64,000 nt of DNA from Octopus bimaculoides (Eukaryota), in NCBI RefSeq assembly GCF_001194135.2, contig NC_068982.1, positions 14,627,071-14,691,070 on the forward strand. The letters run 5' to 3'. A program made the translations under genes and the position numbers. Under the pieces are notes generated by a model. That model saw only the letters and a program-made list of their open reading frames with translations. It was not told the origin of the DNA and searched no databases. Shown one piece after another: positions 1 to 13,470 of the stretch (positions are counted from its first letter, which is position 1; each line of letters starts with the position of its first letter).

Positions 1-30
<30 letters not shown>

Positions 31-32
<2 letters not shown>

Positions 33-196
33 GACGGGCTTCTTTCAGTTTCCATCTACCAAATCCACTCACAAGGCTTTGGTCAGCCCGAGGCTATAGT
101 AGAAGACACTTGCTCTAGGTGCCATGCAGTGGGACTGAACCCGGAACAAAGTGGTTGGTAAGCAAGCTGCTTACCACACAGCCACTCCTACGCCTA
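31..196 (-). mobile_element. SINE family A, 5' half
   Basis: Reverse complement of the aggcgtaggagtggctgtgtggtaag...ggttc.gtccc tRNA-like head shared with other copies in the window. Confidence 0.85.
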
Positions 197-589
197 TGTT
201 AAGCATTTCCTTCAGAGCGCTAACAATTCTGCCAGCTCACCACCTTCAATAATAATAATAATAATCCTTTCTACTATAGGCACATGGCCTGAATTTTGTG
301 GGGAGGGGGACAATTGATCACATCGACTCCATTACTCAACTGGTACTTAATTAATTAATTTTTTTTTTCCTGCTCTGGACACAAAGCCTGAAATTTTGGG
401 GAGGGGACCAGTCGATTAGATCAACCCCAGTACGCAACAAGTACATACTTTATTGACCCCGAAAGGATGAAAGGCAAAGCTCACCTCGGCAGAATTTGAA
501 CTCAGAACATAGCGACGAGCGAAATACTGCTAAGCATTTAGCCCTGTGTGATAACGTGTCTGTTGTAATCTCACCACATTCAATAATAA

Positions 590-642
<53 letters not shown>

Positions 643-1013
643 GCAAAAAATTTAGTGAAAGCATCTCAAGTATTTGAAAATATGTTTTGATATATAGATA
701 TGTAGATAATGTCTTAAGCTATATAAGTATTCAACTTACAAAGAATATATATTGTGGTAAGAATTTTGCGTCCCCACCGCATGGTTTTGGGTTCAGTCCT
801 AAAGCATGGCACTTCGGGCAAGTGTCTTCTACTATAGCCCTAGGCTGAACATAGCCTTGTGTAGATGGAACCTGAAGGAAGCTGTTTGTATATATATGTG
901 CATGTGTGTGTGTGTACGTGTGTGTGTGTGTGTGTACGTGTGTGTGTGTGTGTGTGTGTACGTGTGTGTGTGTGTGTGTTTGTCCCCACCCCCACCCCAT
1001 TGCTTAACAACTA

Positions 1014-1250
1014 TTTCTTAACTCTTTATTGCCCACAGGGGACTAAACATAGAGGGGACAAACAAGGACGGACAAACAGATTAAGTCGCTTATATATCGA
1101 CCCCAGTGCATAACTGGTACTTATTTAATCAACCCCGAAAGGATGAAAGGCAAAGTCGACCTCAGCGGAATTTGAACTCAGAACGTAGCGGCAGACGAAA
1201 TAACACTAAGCATTTCGCCTGGTGTGCTAACGTTTCTGCCAGCTCACCGC
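1014..1250 (-). mobile_element. SINE family B (Meta-domain-like), inserted in an old family-A copy
   Basis: Head aaggcggtgagctggcagaaac, core gtcgactttgcctttcatcctttcggggt resembling the MetaSINE/Sauria core; TSD cttaacaacta at 1003-1013 and 1251-1261. Confidence 0.85.
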
Positions 1251-1995
1251 CTTAACAACTAGTTTTGGTGTGTATACACACACACGTGTACGCACGCACA
1301 CACACACACACATACGTTGTATTTTGAATTTGGTTTGCAAGATCCTCGATGTGAATTCATGTGTTGAAAGAAATCTTGTTGTGTCTGGGGAGGATCATTA
1401 AGCATTCATATGGCTAAGACGTTAAGGCGTATTATGGAGTAAGAAGAACGCACATATGATAGGAAAGAATAACAGGAAGAAAGTTGCAGGCATTTCAGTT
1501 ATTGAAATTATTGAATAATTGAAAAAACCAACAATTTGCTTCCTGTTATACTTCCATGAAATATATATGTGTGTATGTGTGTGTGTGTGTGCATGTTTGT
1601 GTGTGGGTTTTTGTATGTAATACATATATGTGTGTATATATTTATATACACATGCATATATAAATATATATATATATATATACACACACATATATGTGCG
1701 TATATATACTTATATATACATACACTCACACATACATATATATATATGTATGTATATGTATATGTGTGTATATATACATACACACACACACATGCATGCA
1801 TATATATATTTTTTTATATTCTGTGTTTGAAAAGGCCCAGTTTTCTCCAGGCTTCTGACTAACATTAGGAATTCACAGATATAAGAAATCAGTGCCAATG
1901 AAATGAAAAACAGCTCAACTAGGAGGGAACCAAGCCCAAATTGGTAGCATAGCTCCCTGGGAAATTATTACTTGTCCAAACATTCACCAACACTA

Positions 1996-2036
<41 letters not shown>

Positions 2037-2187
2037 CACTTGTTGTATGAACCAAAATGGCTTGTAGACTTAGTGCTTACTTTCACATTCAGTAACATGA
2101 AGAATACAAAAATATGAACCTAAATCAAGTTTAGTTAAGAAAGATGCCAAAATCTGATATTTCTAAAGGCAGTATTTTTAAAGATCA

Positions 2188-2802
2188 TGTAGCAGATTTG
2201 AAACCAAATCACCAAATTGCAGAGTTAAAGTCACAGCTTAGCCACAACCACTTCACGTGATCAGCCGACTAACTGACCAATCAACACTGAGCCATCATGT
2301 GACACTACTTTCTAGAATCTTCTGGAATGTCTTCTCACAAGGCTTATTAAACAGATGAGTTTTGGCACTAAATTTCAGTTGGAAATTGCCACCATGAAAG
2401 CCACATTCTCATTTTCCAGCATTAATAGTTGTTTTTAACAACTTTTTATTCAACCAATCGCAGCTACAGTTTTGCAGTCATGAATTTAGCCTGATATTTC
2501 TCCAGTCGTGACAGCATTTTCACAGAGCCTTACTAACCAACAATTTTGTCATAACAACAGAATTGTTTTATCCAGTGTGTATATTTTGTTGTTTGTATTA
2601 TTAATTGAAGACCAACCTGAGAAAGTTTTTGAATAAAAGTTCTGTTAATTGTTCACAAGTGTTGTGCATTATTTATACACAGCCAAAACCCAACTTTACC
2701 ATCAGCGCCTCCATATCATTCATCTGATGACCTACGTGACAAATGGTAACCCCTCATGACAATTAGTAACCCCTCGTGATAATTGGTGACCCCTCATGAC
2801 AA
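2188..2802 (+). mobile_element. LTR retrotransposon remnant: putative LTR (~2188-2741) plus triplicated tRNA-Trp-type primer-binding site
   Basis: TGT at 2188 (5' edge uncertain), CCAAT boxes at ~2277 and ~2454, AATAAA at 2632, end GTGACA at 2741. Then three 20-bp units including TGGTGACCCC (2784-2793), complementary to the tRNA-Trp 3' end. No gag/pol follows. Confidence 0.55.
2309..2328. promoter_or_regulatory. Heat-shock-element-like motif (4 alternating nGAAn units) in the LTR-like remnant
   Basis: tTTCtaGAAtcTTCtgGAAt is a perfect match to the HSF consensus; palindromic E-box TCACGTGA at 2253-2260 nearby. Function untested. Confidence 0.45.
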
Positions 2803-3472
2803 TCTCATACCATTTCTGATAATTAAATATACTGAGCTGATAAAGGTGTTTCAACTATTACAAATAGCAGCTAAATCTCCTGCAAATCACACCCTAGTGT
2901 CTTATAAAAAAGAAGGACTCACTGAAAAAATGTAGTCCTTGATACATAAAAAAACTGTGGTGTTTGTGATGGTCATGGTTGGAATGTCTTTATTCAGCAA
3001 TCTAGGCGGACAAGAGCTAGGTAATAACAACAGTCAGGTTAATTACAGGTATGTGATCCACTGACCAGCCTATATCCAGAGGCAAAAAGGAAATGCCTGA
3101 TATAGAATTGAACTTGTGACCTGTATATTTGTAGTGCAATTAGATTTATCTCCTGAATTATTTCACTTGTACACCCAATATACACATTTTACACACTAAT
3201 GTCTTGTAGGTACACAGTATTTCATTACACAACCATAACATCTTCATAAGTCAATATCGTGTTCTACTGTGTTAGAGAGGAGTCTTGGATATGAAATATC
3301 ATAACAAAATCTGTGCTAGCTATAAATTCTATAGAAAATCTGTAGAAATGACCTTAACATGACATTTACATGCATCCAGATAATCACAACAACAATTGCA
3401 CATATATTGATTCAACAGAGACAGTGGGGGGGGGGAGGTGTCTATATATTCACACACACATATATATATGTA

Positions 3473-3519
<47 letters not shown>

Positions 3520-4096
3520 GTATGTATGTGTGTAGCTCTCAGTTATGCTCCAGGTTACAGCTAACCACATTGATTAGTATTTAACATTTATGACTACTAT
3601 GGGTTGTCACTCATGCTGTAAATTCCTCCGGTGGGTAATTTCATGTTCATTTCACCAGATGGTAATATTATCTAGAGTGTATATTAGCAATAATTATAAT
3701 GATAGAGAATACAGAGACTGGGACATCCTGAAAATATATTTCCTTTTATTTTACATCATACAGCATATTTTAGTAGTTACAATGACTTCCATGTCTTCAC
3801 CAGCTTACAGTCATTTCTGCTATACAATGCAGTGGACTTATAGTTGATTGCCTGAATAACACTTTAAGGCTTCATCAGATGCTGCACCACCATCTTGTGG
3901 TCACCAAAGAACCACAGAGGTAAATGATTGTCTCCCTTCGGCCCTGGCTATTGGCTGTAGTGTCGCCTTACGGATTCCAAAAGGCCAGCAGGGATCTTCT
4001 AAAATGCAAGCATGGCCAGAAAATCTGTCCTGGAGTTCAGGATGCCCCCTCATACAAATGAGTCTTTTAGGATTCTATGCATACATACATATACAT

Positions 4097-4150
<54 letters not shown>

Positions 4151-5133
4151 NNNNNNNNNNNNNNNNNNNNNNNNNNNNNNNNNNNNNNNNNNNNNNNNNN
4201 NNNNNNNNNNNNNNNNNNNNNNNNNNNNNNNNNNNNNNNNNNNNNNNNNNNNNNNNNNNNNNNNNNNNNNNNNNNNNNNNNNNNNNNNNNNNNNNNNNNN
4301 NNNNNNNNNNNNNNNNNNNNNNNNNNNNNNNNNNNNNNNNNNNNNNNNNNNNNNNNNNNNNNNNNNNNNNNNNNNNNNNNNNNNNNNNNNNNNNNNNNNN
4401 NNNNNNNNNNNNNNNNNNNNNNNNNNNNNNNNNNNNNNNNNNNNNNNNNNNNNNNNNNNNNNNNNNNNNNNNNNNNNNNNNNNNNNNNNNNNNNNNNNNN
4501 NNNNNNNNNNNNNNNNNNNNNNNNNNNNNNNNNNNNNNNNNNNNNNNNNNNNNNNNNNNNNNNNNNNNNNNNNNNNNNNNNNNNNNNNNNNNNNNNNNNN
4601 NNNNNNNNNNNNNNNNNNNNNNNNNNNNNNNNNNNNNNNNNNNNNNNNNNNNNNNNNNNNNNNNNNNNNNNNNNNNNNNNNNNNNNNNNNNNNNNNNNNN
4701 NNNNNNNNNNNNNNNNNNNNNNNNNNNNNNNNNNNNNNNNNNNNNNNNNNNNNNNNNNNNNNNNNNNNNNNNNNNNNNNNNNNNNNNNNNNNNNNNNNNN
4801 NNNNNNNNNNNNNNNNNNNNNNNNNNNNNNNNNNNNNNNNNNNNNNNNNNNNNNNNNNNNNNNNNNNNNNNNNNNNNNNNNNNNNNNNNNNNNNNNNNNN
4901 NNNNNNNNNNNNNNNNNNNNNNNNNNNNNNNNNNNNNNNNNNNNNNNNNNNNNNNNNNNNNNNNNNNNNNNNNNNNNNNNNNNNNNNNNNNNNNNNNNNN
5001 NNNNNNNNNNNNNNNNNNNNNNNNNNNNNNNNNNNNNNNNNNNNNNNNNNNNNNNNNNNNNNNNNNNNNNNNNNNNNNNNNNNNNNNNNNNNNNNNNNNN
5101 NNNNNNNNNNNNNNNNNNNNNNNNNNNNNNNNN
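4151..5133. other. Assembly gap
   Basis: Run of N. Other gaps: 6022-6031, 7207-8012, 12470-12479, 28600-28675, 35769-35852, 45297-45587, 46340-46349, 47169-47178, 58259-58268. Confidence 1.
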
Positions 5134-5134
5134 A

Positions 5135-5170
<36 letters not shown>

Positions 5171-5197
5171 CCTACATATATGTACATATAATTATAC

Positions 5198-5273
<76 letters not shown>

Positions 5274-5466
5274 GTATACATATGCATGTGTCTGTGTGTG
5301 TTGGACTCGTGATTTTTATATTGTGGTTTCAATCCCTCACATTGCTTTGGTCCATTCAGCTATCAAAAAACGAGTCTCCTCATGATGGACCAGCGTCTCG
5401 TCTGGGGTAGCATATACGCCACAGGATCCAGGAAAGCAGCCTCATGAATCTACATGGCTCATGAAG

Positions 5467-5497
<31 letters not shown>

Positions 5498-5699
5498 TGC
5501 ACTCGCTCCTCACCTCGTGTTTCGGAAATATCAAGAGACCGACTGACTGAATATTTGCAGCAGGTATTTTCTATTGTGTCTTAGCATGGCACAAGCTGAA
5601 CTGCAAAAGCATTAGACTCTACAACAGAGAGCTGCTGTCAGCTACCTGCTTCACCCCTGCACTGCCGCCAACATCACAACGACTGCCGAGACTACAACT

Positions 5700-5815
5700 A
5701 CATCACTGCTACCACCACCACCACCACCACCACCACCACCACCACCACCACCATCGCCACCACCACCATCGCCACCACCACCATCGCCACCATCACTGCC
5801 ACTTCCACCGTTGTC
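5700..5815. repeat. (CAC)n trinucleotide repeat
   Basis: Direct reading; similar tracts at 46205-46380 and (GGT/GGC/GAT)n at 30875-30978. Confidence 0.9.
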
Positions 5816-5903
5816 ATCACAAAGCTCAAACAAACAACAAAGTCTGCATGATGCTTGACCTGCTAGAATTAACTGCTAGAATTAACTGACAAAACTTCCT
5901 CCT

Positions 5904-6365
5904 AGGCACAGGAGTGGCTGTGTGGTAAGTAGCTTGCTTACCAACCACATGGTTCCAGGTTCATTCCCACTACGTGGCACCTTGGGAAAGTGTCTTCTAC
6001 TATAGCCTCGGGCCGACCAAANNNNNNNNNNACGTGGCACCTTGGGAAAGTGTCTTCTACTATAGCCTCGGGCCGACCAAAGCCTTGTGAGTGGATTTGG
6101 TAGACGGAAACTGAAAGAAGCCTGTCGTATATATGTATGTATATGTGTGTATATGTTTGTGCCTGTTTGTTCCCCCAGCATCGCTCTACAACCGATGGTG
6201 GTGTGTCTACATCCCCGTAACTTAGCGGTTCAGCAAAAAGACCGATAGAATAAGTACTAGGCTTCCAAAGAATAAGCCCTGGGGTCGATTCGCTCGATTA
6301 AAAGGCGGTGCTCCAGCATGGTCACAGTCAAATGACTGAAACAAGTAAAAGAGTAAAAGAGTAAA
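5904..6365 (+). mobile_element. SINE family A, full length (contains a 10-N gap)
   Basis: tRNA-like head, internal (TA/TG)n, tail ...gactgaaacaagtaaaaga. Confidence 0.9.
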
Positions 6366-6923
6366 TCACATCTTATGGTTATAAATAAGGAAAAGACATA
6401 CCGGGTGGGGTAGGACTGATTAGGGTGGTCGTGACTGGAATGCCTTTAATTATAAGTCTGCTTCATCAGGGACTAAACAATAGCAACAACAACAACAACA
6501 TCATTATAATCGCTGACAATAACACTGCTAAAACTACCGCCAGTACAGATATCTTTGCTGCTATCATCACCACCATAACCACTACCTCCGACTCCACTGC
6601 CAACACCACAGAAACAAACAATACTACAGTCACCGACCCAACCACCACCACCACCACCACTGCCGCCATCACTCTGTCTGCTGTTCCCGCTGCAACCACC
6701 ACCTTTTTTCTACTGCTGCACTTGCCGCTGCTGCTTCGAATACTGCTGCCAGTGCAGAAAACTCTGCTGCTACTGCTGCTGCTACTACTACAACTGCAGC
6801 GACATCAGTCACCATTCTACCTGGTCTCTTACATAAATGTAATCACATGCTGTGCAAGTTAGCTTAACAGATATATTACATATGAACATATATATATATG
6901 ATATAATATGATATAATACATAC

Positions 6924-6976
<53 letters not shown>

Positions 6977-8012
6977 CATATACACGTGCATACTCATCTA
7001 CACCGTCTGACAAGCCACTGCTGAAGAAATTTTGAAGTGTCACAATCACCTTGCGTTTTGTTTAAATTCCATATTATTATTATTAAAATAAAAATTATCC
7101 ACACAAAAAAGCCATCTCGACTCGTTTTTTTCAAATATATAACACTGTGCCAAGAACTATCTTTTTATTATTCTACTATAGACATACATATATCTATATT
7201 TATTATNNNNNNNNNNNNNNNNNNNNNNNNNNNNNNNNNNNNNNNNNNNNNNNNNNNNNNNNNNNNNNNNNNNNNNNNNNNNNNNNNNNNNNNNNNNNNN
7301 NNNNNNNNNNNNNNNNNNNNNNNNNNNNNNNNNNNNNNNNNNNNNNNNNNNNNNNNNNNNNNNNNNNNNNNNNNNNNNNNNNNNNNNNNNNNNNNNNNNN
7401 NNNNNNNNNNNNNNNNNNNNNNNNNNNNNNNNNNNNNNNNNNNNNNNNNNNNNNNNNNNNNNNNNNNNNNNNNNNNNNNNNNNNNNNNNNNNNNNNNNNN
7501 NNNNNNNNNNNNNNNNNNNNNNNNNNNNNNNNNNNNNNNNNNNNNNNNNNNNNNNNNNNNNNNNNNNNNNNNNNNNNNNNNNNNNNNNNNNNNNNNNNNN
7601 NNNNNNNNNNNNNNNNNNNNNNNNNNNNNNNNNNNNNNNNNNNNNNNNNNNNNNNNNNNNNNNNNNNNNNNNNNNNNNNNNNNNNNNNNNNNNNNNNNNN
7701 NNNNNNNNNNNNNNNNNNNNNNNNNNNNNNNNNNNNNNNNNNNNNNNNNNNNNNNNNNNNNNNNNNNNNNNNNNNNNNNNNNNNNNNNNNNNNNNNNNNN
7801 NNNNNNNNNNNNNNNNNNNNNNNNNNNNNNNNNNNNNNNNNNNNNNNNNNNNNNNNNNNNNNNNNNNNNNNNNNNNNNNNNNNNNNNNNNNNNNNNNNNN
7901 NNNNNNNNNNNNNNNNNNNNNNNNNNNNNNNNNNNNNNNNNNNNNNNNNNNNNNNNNNNNNNNNNNNNNNNNNNNNNNNNNNNNNNNNNNNNNNNNNNNN
8001 NNNNNNNNNNNN

Positions 8013-8072
<60 letters not shown>

Positions 8073-8574
8073 GTGCGTGTATTGTTTACAGTTAATGATC
8101 ATTTAAGTAGCCATTCTCTAAGCCATTGATCTTTTTTTTATATCCTATGTCATCTGAATAGTAGATTTCTATAAAAATATGCAGGTGCATGTTTTGTGTG
8201 TGTGTGCATGTGTCTAGATAAATAAGCAGATAGACAGACAAATATATGGTTATTTATACATATATGTAGCACACAACTCTCATCTGCAACCTTTTTAAAC
8301 ACACATTAGACTTAGAATAAGGTAAAGGAATGACAGTGACAGTGGTAATTAGATCTGAAATACCACTAAGAAATTCGTTACACATTAAAACCAATCCTAG
8401 CAATATCACAGTAATTTAGTCTATAAAGTAATATAAACAGCATTAAGTTTCACACAACATAACTCAGGGATGGTTGTGTTTGATCAATGTTGCTTGGGTT
8501 ACCTGGATATAAGGTACACTACCTTCACTAAAAAACTAACCAAGGAAGGAGCCAGTGTTTTGTCAGAGGATCTG

Positions 8575-9327
8575 CTAGAAACAACAGCAACATTTTTCTG
8601 AGATCTCATGCTCAACCATTATCATGAAAAATGTATTTCTAGATACATTATGTCTGGAAAACATAGAGGAGGCAACATTAACAGCAACTAGTCTCGGCCA
8701 AGAATTATAAGACCAATGTAGACATATCGAGGAAGCCACTGAATCAACCACACATGAGGTAAGTGTCGTTGGGGTATCAGAAGACATAGTTGATCTACGG
8801 GCATTTACTGGCAACACATCTAAGGACCTAAGCTGTATTCCTTCATAAAGTGCATTCCGCCTTGGCCGACCAGGATCCAAACCCAGATTGATTCGGCTGT
8901 CGTTTTCGAACTCTACTGAGGTGCGGGCATACCATCTAGCCACTGATAGGGCTCGGCATGCAAACAGAATTACCTTTCGGGCACGCCCTGGCCTACCACC
9001 TGATGTACGCCCAAAGCTAAGAACTGTAGCTTCCCTAAATTGCAACTCTGTGCCACAGGAAAGCTTTAGCCTATACGACGATGGGCAAATATGGAAATTT
9101 GTCAAGTCTGGTGAGTCATGGATAAGGGATATCAATTGGTCTGAGCATACTGCACCCACAATAACTAGCAATACAAAATCATGGGAAACTAAACAAGAAC
9201 AATCAGCCATCCCTTGGATATCATCATCATCTGAAATCCAGATATAAACTGTTGTCCGTAAATGCCCGTAGTTTATGCAACAAGGTACATCTTTTTGACT
9301 CTTATGTCAAAAGTATCGACCCAGATT
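8575..9327 (+). mobile_element. LINE fragment (CR1/L2/Jockey-like): ORF1 C-terminal part and start of ORF2 AP endonuclease, decayed
   Basis: Plus frame reads VSVVGVSED..DL..*SAFRLGRPGSKPRLIRLSF (ORF1-like RLG..PRLI motif), followed by LSVNARSLCNKVHLFDSYVKSIDPD (typical APE N-terminus); in-frame stops present. Confidence 0.7.
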
Positions 9328-10708
9328 TCAAACTGTATTCACATCATAAACATAGATGCAGACATGGCTGTCTGGTAACAAGTTTGCTTCCCAGTTTTGG
9401 GGGAGGGTGTAAGTCAATTAAATCAGCTTCAGTGCTTAACTGGTACTTATTTAATTGACCTCCAAAAAGACAAAGAACAAAATCGACCTCAGCAAAATTT
9501 GAACTCAGAACATAAAACACAAATGAAATGCCATTAAGCATTTTGCCCAGCATGCTAATGATTCTGCCAGCTTGAAATAAAAAATATCATTTAATTATTA
9601 ATAAACCATTTGGTCACTACAAAACCTTTTGAATTTTCATGGTTTGTCAAGGATAACTCAACTTAGTGAGAACAATTAAGTTTTCTTTAGACTTTCAGCC
9701 TAGCTGCAATTTTGCTGGTATAATGAGTCAATGAAATAAAATGACTTTGTTTAGAATTGAACGTAAATCACCTCTGGCTTGTAGATGCGTTAATGCCATA
9801 GTCCAGTGTTCACATGTAACATAAGGTAATGAGTCAATACTCTTGTATGTAATTTAAATGTCTTCATCTGTTGTGTCATGACAAATGAATGACAGTGCTA
9901 TTATTAGAAGGTTAACAAGTAATGTATTAAGTATAATTTTCCTCAAATAAACAAATGACAAAATTTATAAAAACTTCAAGAAAAGTTGATGAAGAAACAA
10001 TTCGTTTAATGACTGTATAAAGATTTTAAATTATCTTTAAATTGACTCAACACCCAAACATTCAGCACGATTTACTTTGTCGATAAACTCTAAGAATGGC
10101 ATTGACTAAGAAACAAAAAGGAAGAAAGAAAGAAAACAGAACCAAAGCAAGGTAATTCTAATGAATCATTTAATCTATTCCAGTATTAAAGAGTAGCCAT
10201 GAGAATACCAAGATTACTGTAATTAGCTGACATCAATACTGACAACTAGCAAACGATAGAATCGTTACCACATACCATATTACCTCACAGTGCAGTGTCC
10301 TATTACCCTATGAGACACTGACCAACAGAGTACTAAATATGGTAGTACACACCAGAATGAAGTATGTTTTAGTCAGTATACTTGAATCGTGATTATTTCC
10401 AAGCTGTCGATTGATTAAGTTAATGCCAAGAGACTTTTCAAGCAGGGCTGGCTGAAGCATCTCAGTAACAAACCTCTGTTTCCTTTGATATCAAATGGAG
10501 TGTGAGGGAAGGGGCTTCATAGTGTAGACAAGTAGGTCAATATGGCTTAGTCTATCTCCCATTCATACATTCTTTGATAATTGAGACATGAATTTTATTA
10601 TGTACTCTGTAAAAACTGATCAAACAATGTTTTACTGAAATTTTCTAAGGTTTGCTTTTGGTTTCTTGTTACTCTTTAATACAGATTTTTATTTAATGTA
10701 TGGTGCAT

Positions 10709-10747
<39 letters not shown>

Positions 10748-10939
10748 TGTGATGTGTTCACACACACACATATACCGATATACACTACAAAATTATATAT
10801 ATAGTATAAAGCTTCACTGAGGGTTAAATAAGAAAGTAAACACATTCTTTTTAATATTATTAATACAACTGATGTCTGGAAAAATAAAAAGCGGGGAGTT
10901 TCCTGATAGACCATTCCATAGTTTGTTAACCACTCCTGA

Positions 10940-11100
10940 GAAGACAAACCTCCCATTTCCTGTTTCAATTTATCTGGGAACTCAAGGACCAAGGATTCCA
11001 ACATCCTATAGCAATATGGAAGATTATGGATAGAGCTACCCCTTATTTCAGGGTGTCAGTGCAGTCTTTATCTCATTGAGAATTCCCAGTTATTGAAGCA
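10940..11100 (+). mobile_element. Penelope-like element GIY-YIG endonuclease C-terminal fragment, decayed
   Basis: FIWELKDQGFQHPIAIWKIMDRATPY followed, after a frameshift, by CSLYLIENSQLL; resembles the PLE pattern (IWELKD...W.I.DRA.PY...C.LCL.EK). Confidence 0.55.
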
Positions 11101-11359
11101 ATGAGGAGGTTTGAAATATTTCCTGTCATCAATAAAGGACATTTCTCTCAGGCAGCTGAATATCTCAGGTGAAACAAAATGAATTCATAGATACCCAGAG
11201 TCTGTGAGATATTTTCCACTCAGTCTGTAACATTATCAACCAATAAGAATCAGTCATACTCGTACTATGCAGAACCTTCTTCATCGACAACCTTCATTCA
11301 CAACACACTGACTGATCACATGTGCAATTCACCAGTGGGAAATTCAAATAACAAAGGAT

Positions 11360-11750
11360 AGAACCACTAAGTGTAATCTTGGAGAGCTGCAAAATGTGGT
11401 TCTGAAGGAGAATATTGAGGACAGCATGGACAAAATGTCCAATGAAGAAGTAATGGCACAAGCTGTGGTAAATATGAAACTGCTTTGTGAGATAAGGGCC
11501 AAGCAACTGAGATTTTTTGGTCATGTGCTGAGGAAATAAGGCCTGGAGAATTTAGTGATGACCAAAAGATTGAAGGAAAAAGAAGCAGAAGATGGAGGAT
11601 AATGCAGATGTCAAGCTTGATGAAGTGGTTGGCAGAAGGAGAGGCATTCAATATCAGGAAGAGAAACTGTTACGGAGAACAAAGAAAAGAAAATTGTGTT
11701 AGGATGTGATCACCAATGTCCTATATTCTGGACATGTCACCTAAAGAAGA
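11360..11750 (+). mobile_element. RTE-clade LINE 3' fragment, decayed
   Basis: ESCKMWF*RRILRTAWT..SNEEVMAQA..KLLCEIRAKQLRFFGHVLRK*GLENLVMT matches the RTE ORF C-terminus; ends in an (AAG)-type tail. Confidence 0.75.
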
Positions 11751-11767
11751 ATTTTATAATTATATAT

Positions 11768-12153
11768 TGTCGTGGCATTTCGTCGGTTACAAAAACGAGG
11801 GTTCCGGTTGATCCAATCAACGGAACAGCCTGCTTGTGATATTAATGTGCAAGTGGCTGAGCACTCCACAGACATGTGTACACTTGATGTAGTTCTTGGG
11901 GAGATTCAGCGTGACACAGAGTGTGACAAGGCTGGCCCTTTGAAATACAGGTACAACAGAAACAGGAAGAAAGAGTGAGAGAAAGTTGTGGCGAAAGACT
12001 ACAGCAGGGTTCGCTACAACCACCTGCCAGAGCCTCGTGGAGCTTTAGGTGTTTTCACTCAATAAACACTCATAATGTCCAGTCTGAGAATCGAAACCGC
12101 AATCCTACAACTGTGAGTCCGCTGCCCTAACCACTGGGCCATTGTGCCTTCAC
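11768..12153 (-). mobile_element. SINE family C (tRNA-Arg-like head)
   Basis: Head g.aggc.caatggcccagtggttagggcagcggactc; 13-bp TSD tataattatatat at 11755-11767 and 12154-12166. Confidence 0.9.
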
Positions 12154-12479
12154 TATAATTATATATATGGTAACTTCTGTACTATGGTTTCATGCTTTGG
12201 AAAACCAAGAATCAAGGACAAACTTGTCTTCTAGAAAGTCCTCTGAAGATTGTTGGGATACAAGATAAAAGTGTAGTATGGGAGTAATGATAGGCATTTA
12301 ATATGCCCTATGATATTTATTGCAAGTGTATGCTGAGCACTACACAAAGAAAAACAGTGTCTAATCATAGTGTTATACACATACACACACACACACACAG
12401 AGATACAAATGCATGCACACACACACACATACACACACAGATACACATGCATATATATGCATGTGCATANNNNNNNNNN

Positions 12480-12566
<87 letters not shown>

Positions 12567-13059
12567 CAAGAGAGAGAACACATACCCACATACCTACATA
12601 TATTTAAAAAGACAAATATGCATACAAACATTCCACATGTTTGTGTAGTGTCAATATTATTTGGAAGACAGACAAAAATTGTTGATAAGACAATTTCCAC
12701 TCTGGTACCTACAATCCTAGAATGCACACTCACCTTTTTGCCATTACTAGTATTGCCAGCCCAACACACAACAGAACATCAGCCTCTCAACAAGATTCGC
12801 AACTCTCATCATCATCCTCATTCAACGTCTGTTTTTCATGCTGGTATGGGTCGACCATTTTGGCAGGAGCTGGCAAGCCAGCATACGGCACGAATGTCTA
12901 TTGTTAGTTTTGGCATGGTTTCTGAGACTGGGTGCCCTTCCTAATGCCAAGCGTTTTACCCTAATTTTCAAAAATTCAAGTGAACACTATAATTAGAAGC
13001 ATAAAAACCTGCAAAACTTCTATGAGATTTGAAGGTTCAACAGTTTTGAAAAATACACA

Positions 13060-13208
13060 GTGGACTGTGTGGTAAGAAGCTTGCTTCCCAACCATATGTT
13101 GCCAGGTTCAGTCCCACTGCAGAGCACATTGGGCAAGTGTCTTCTACTATAGTTTCAAGCTGACCAAAGCCTTGTGAGTGGATTTGGTAGATGGAAACTG
13201 AAAGAAAC

Positions 13209-13259
<51 letters not shown>

Positions 13260-13470
13260 TTGTGTGTGTGTCTGTGTTTGTTTGTCGCACTATCGCTTGA
13301 TAACCAATGTTGGTGTGTTTACATCGCCCTAACTTACCTGTTCAGCCAAAAGTGACCGATAGAATAAGTACCAGGCTTACAAAGAATAAGTCCCGCGTTC
13401 AATTTGTTCAACTAAAGGTGGTGCTCCAGCATGGCCACAGTCAAATGACTGAAACCAAATAAAAGAATTA
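13060..13470 (+). mobile_element. SINE family A
   Basis: Same head, internal microsatellite and tail as other family-A copies. Confidence 0.85.

Noticed and set aside
5982-6081. Direct duplications either side of 10-N gaps (also at 47169 and 58259)
   Set aside because: Typical unmerged contig overlaps, not biological duplications.
4004-8106. Long ORFs of 299-457 aa in the track
   Set aside because: They run through N-gaps and (AT)n/(GT)n repeats; artefacts.
12070-12153. tRNA-like sequences at SINE heads (also 17580, 25288, 46987, 52380)
   Set aside because: A/B-box heads run into SINE bodies with TSDs; no complete cloverleaf or acceptor stem, so not tRNA genes.
12728-12810. Strong minus-strand donor GGCAAAAAG|gtgagt
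   Set aside because: No upstream polypyrimidine acceptor, and no frame continues the LRR protein.
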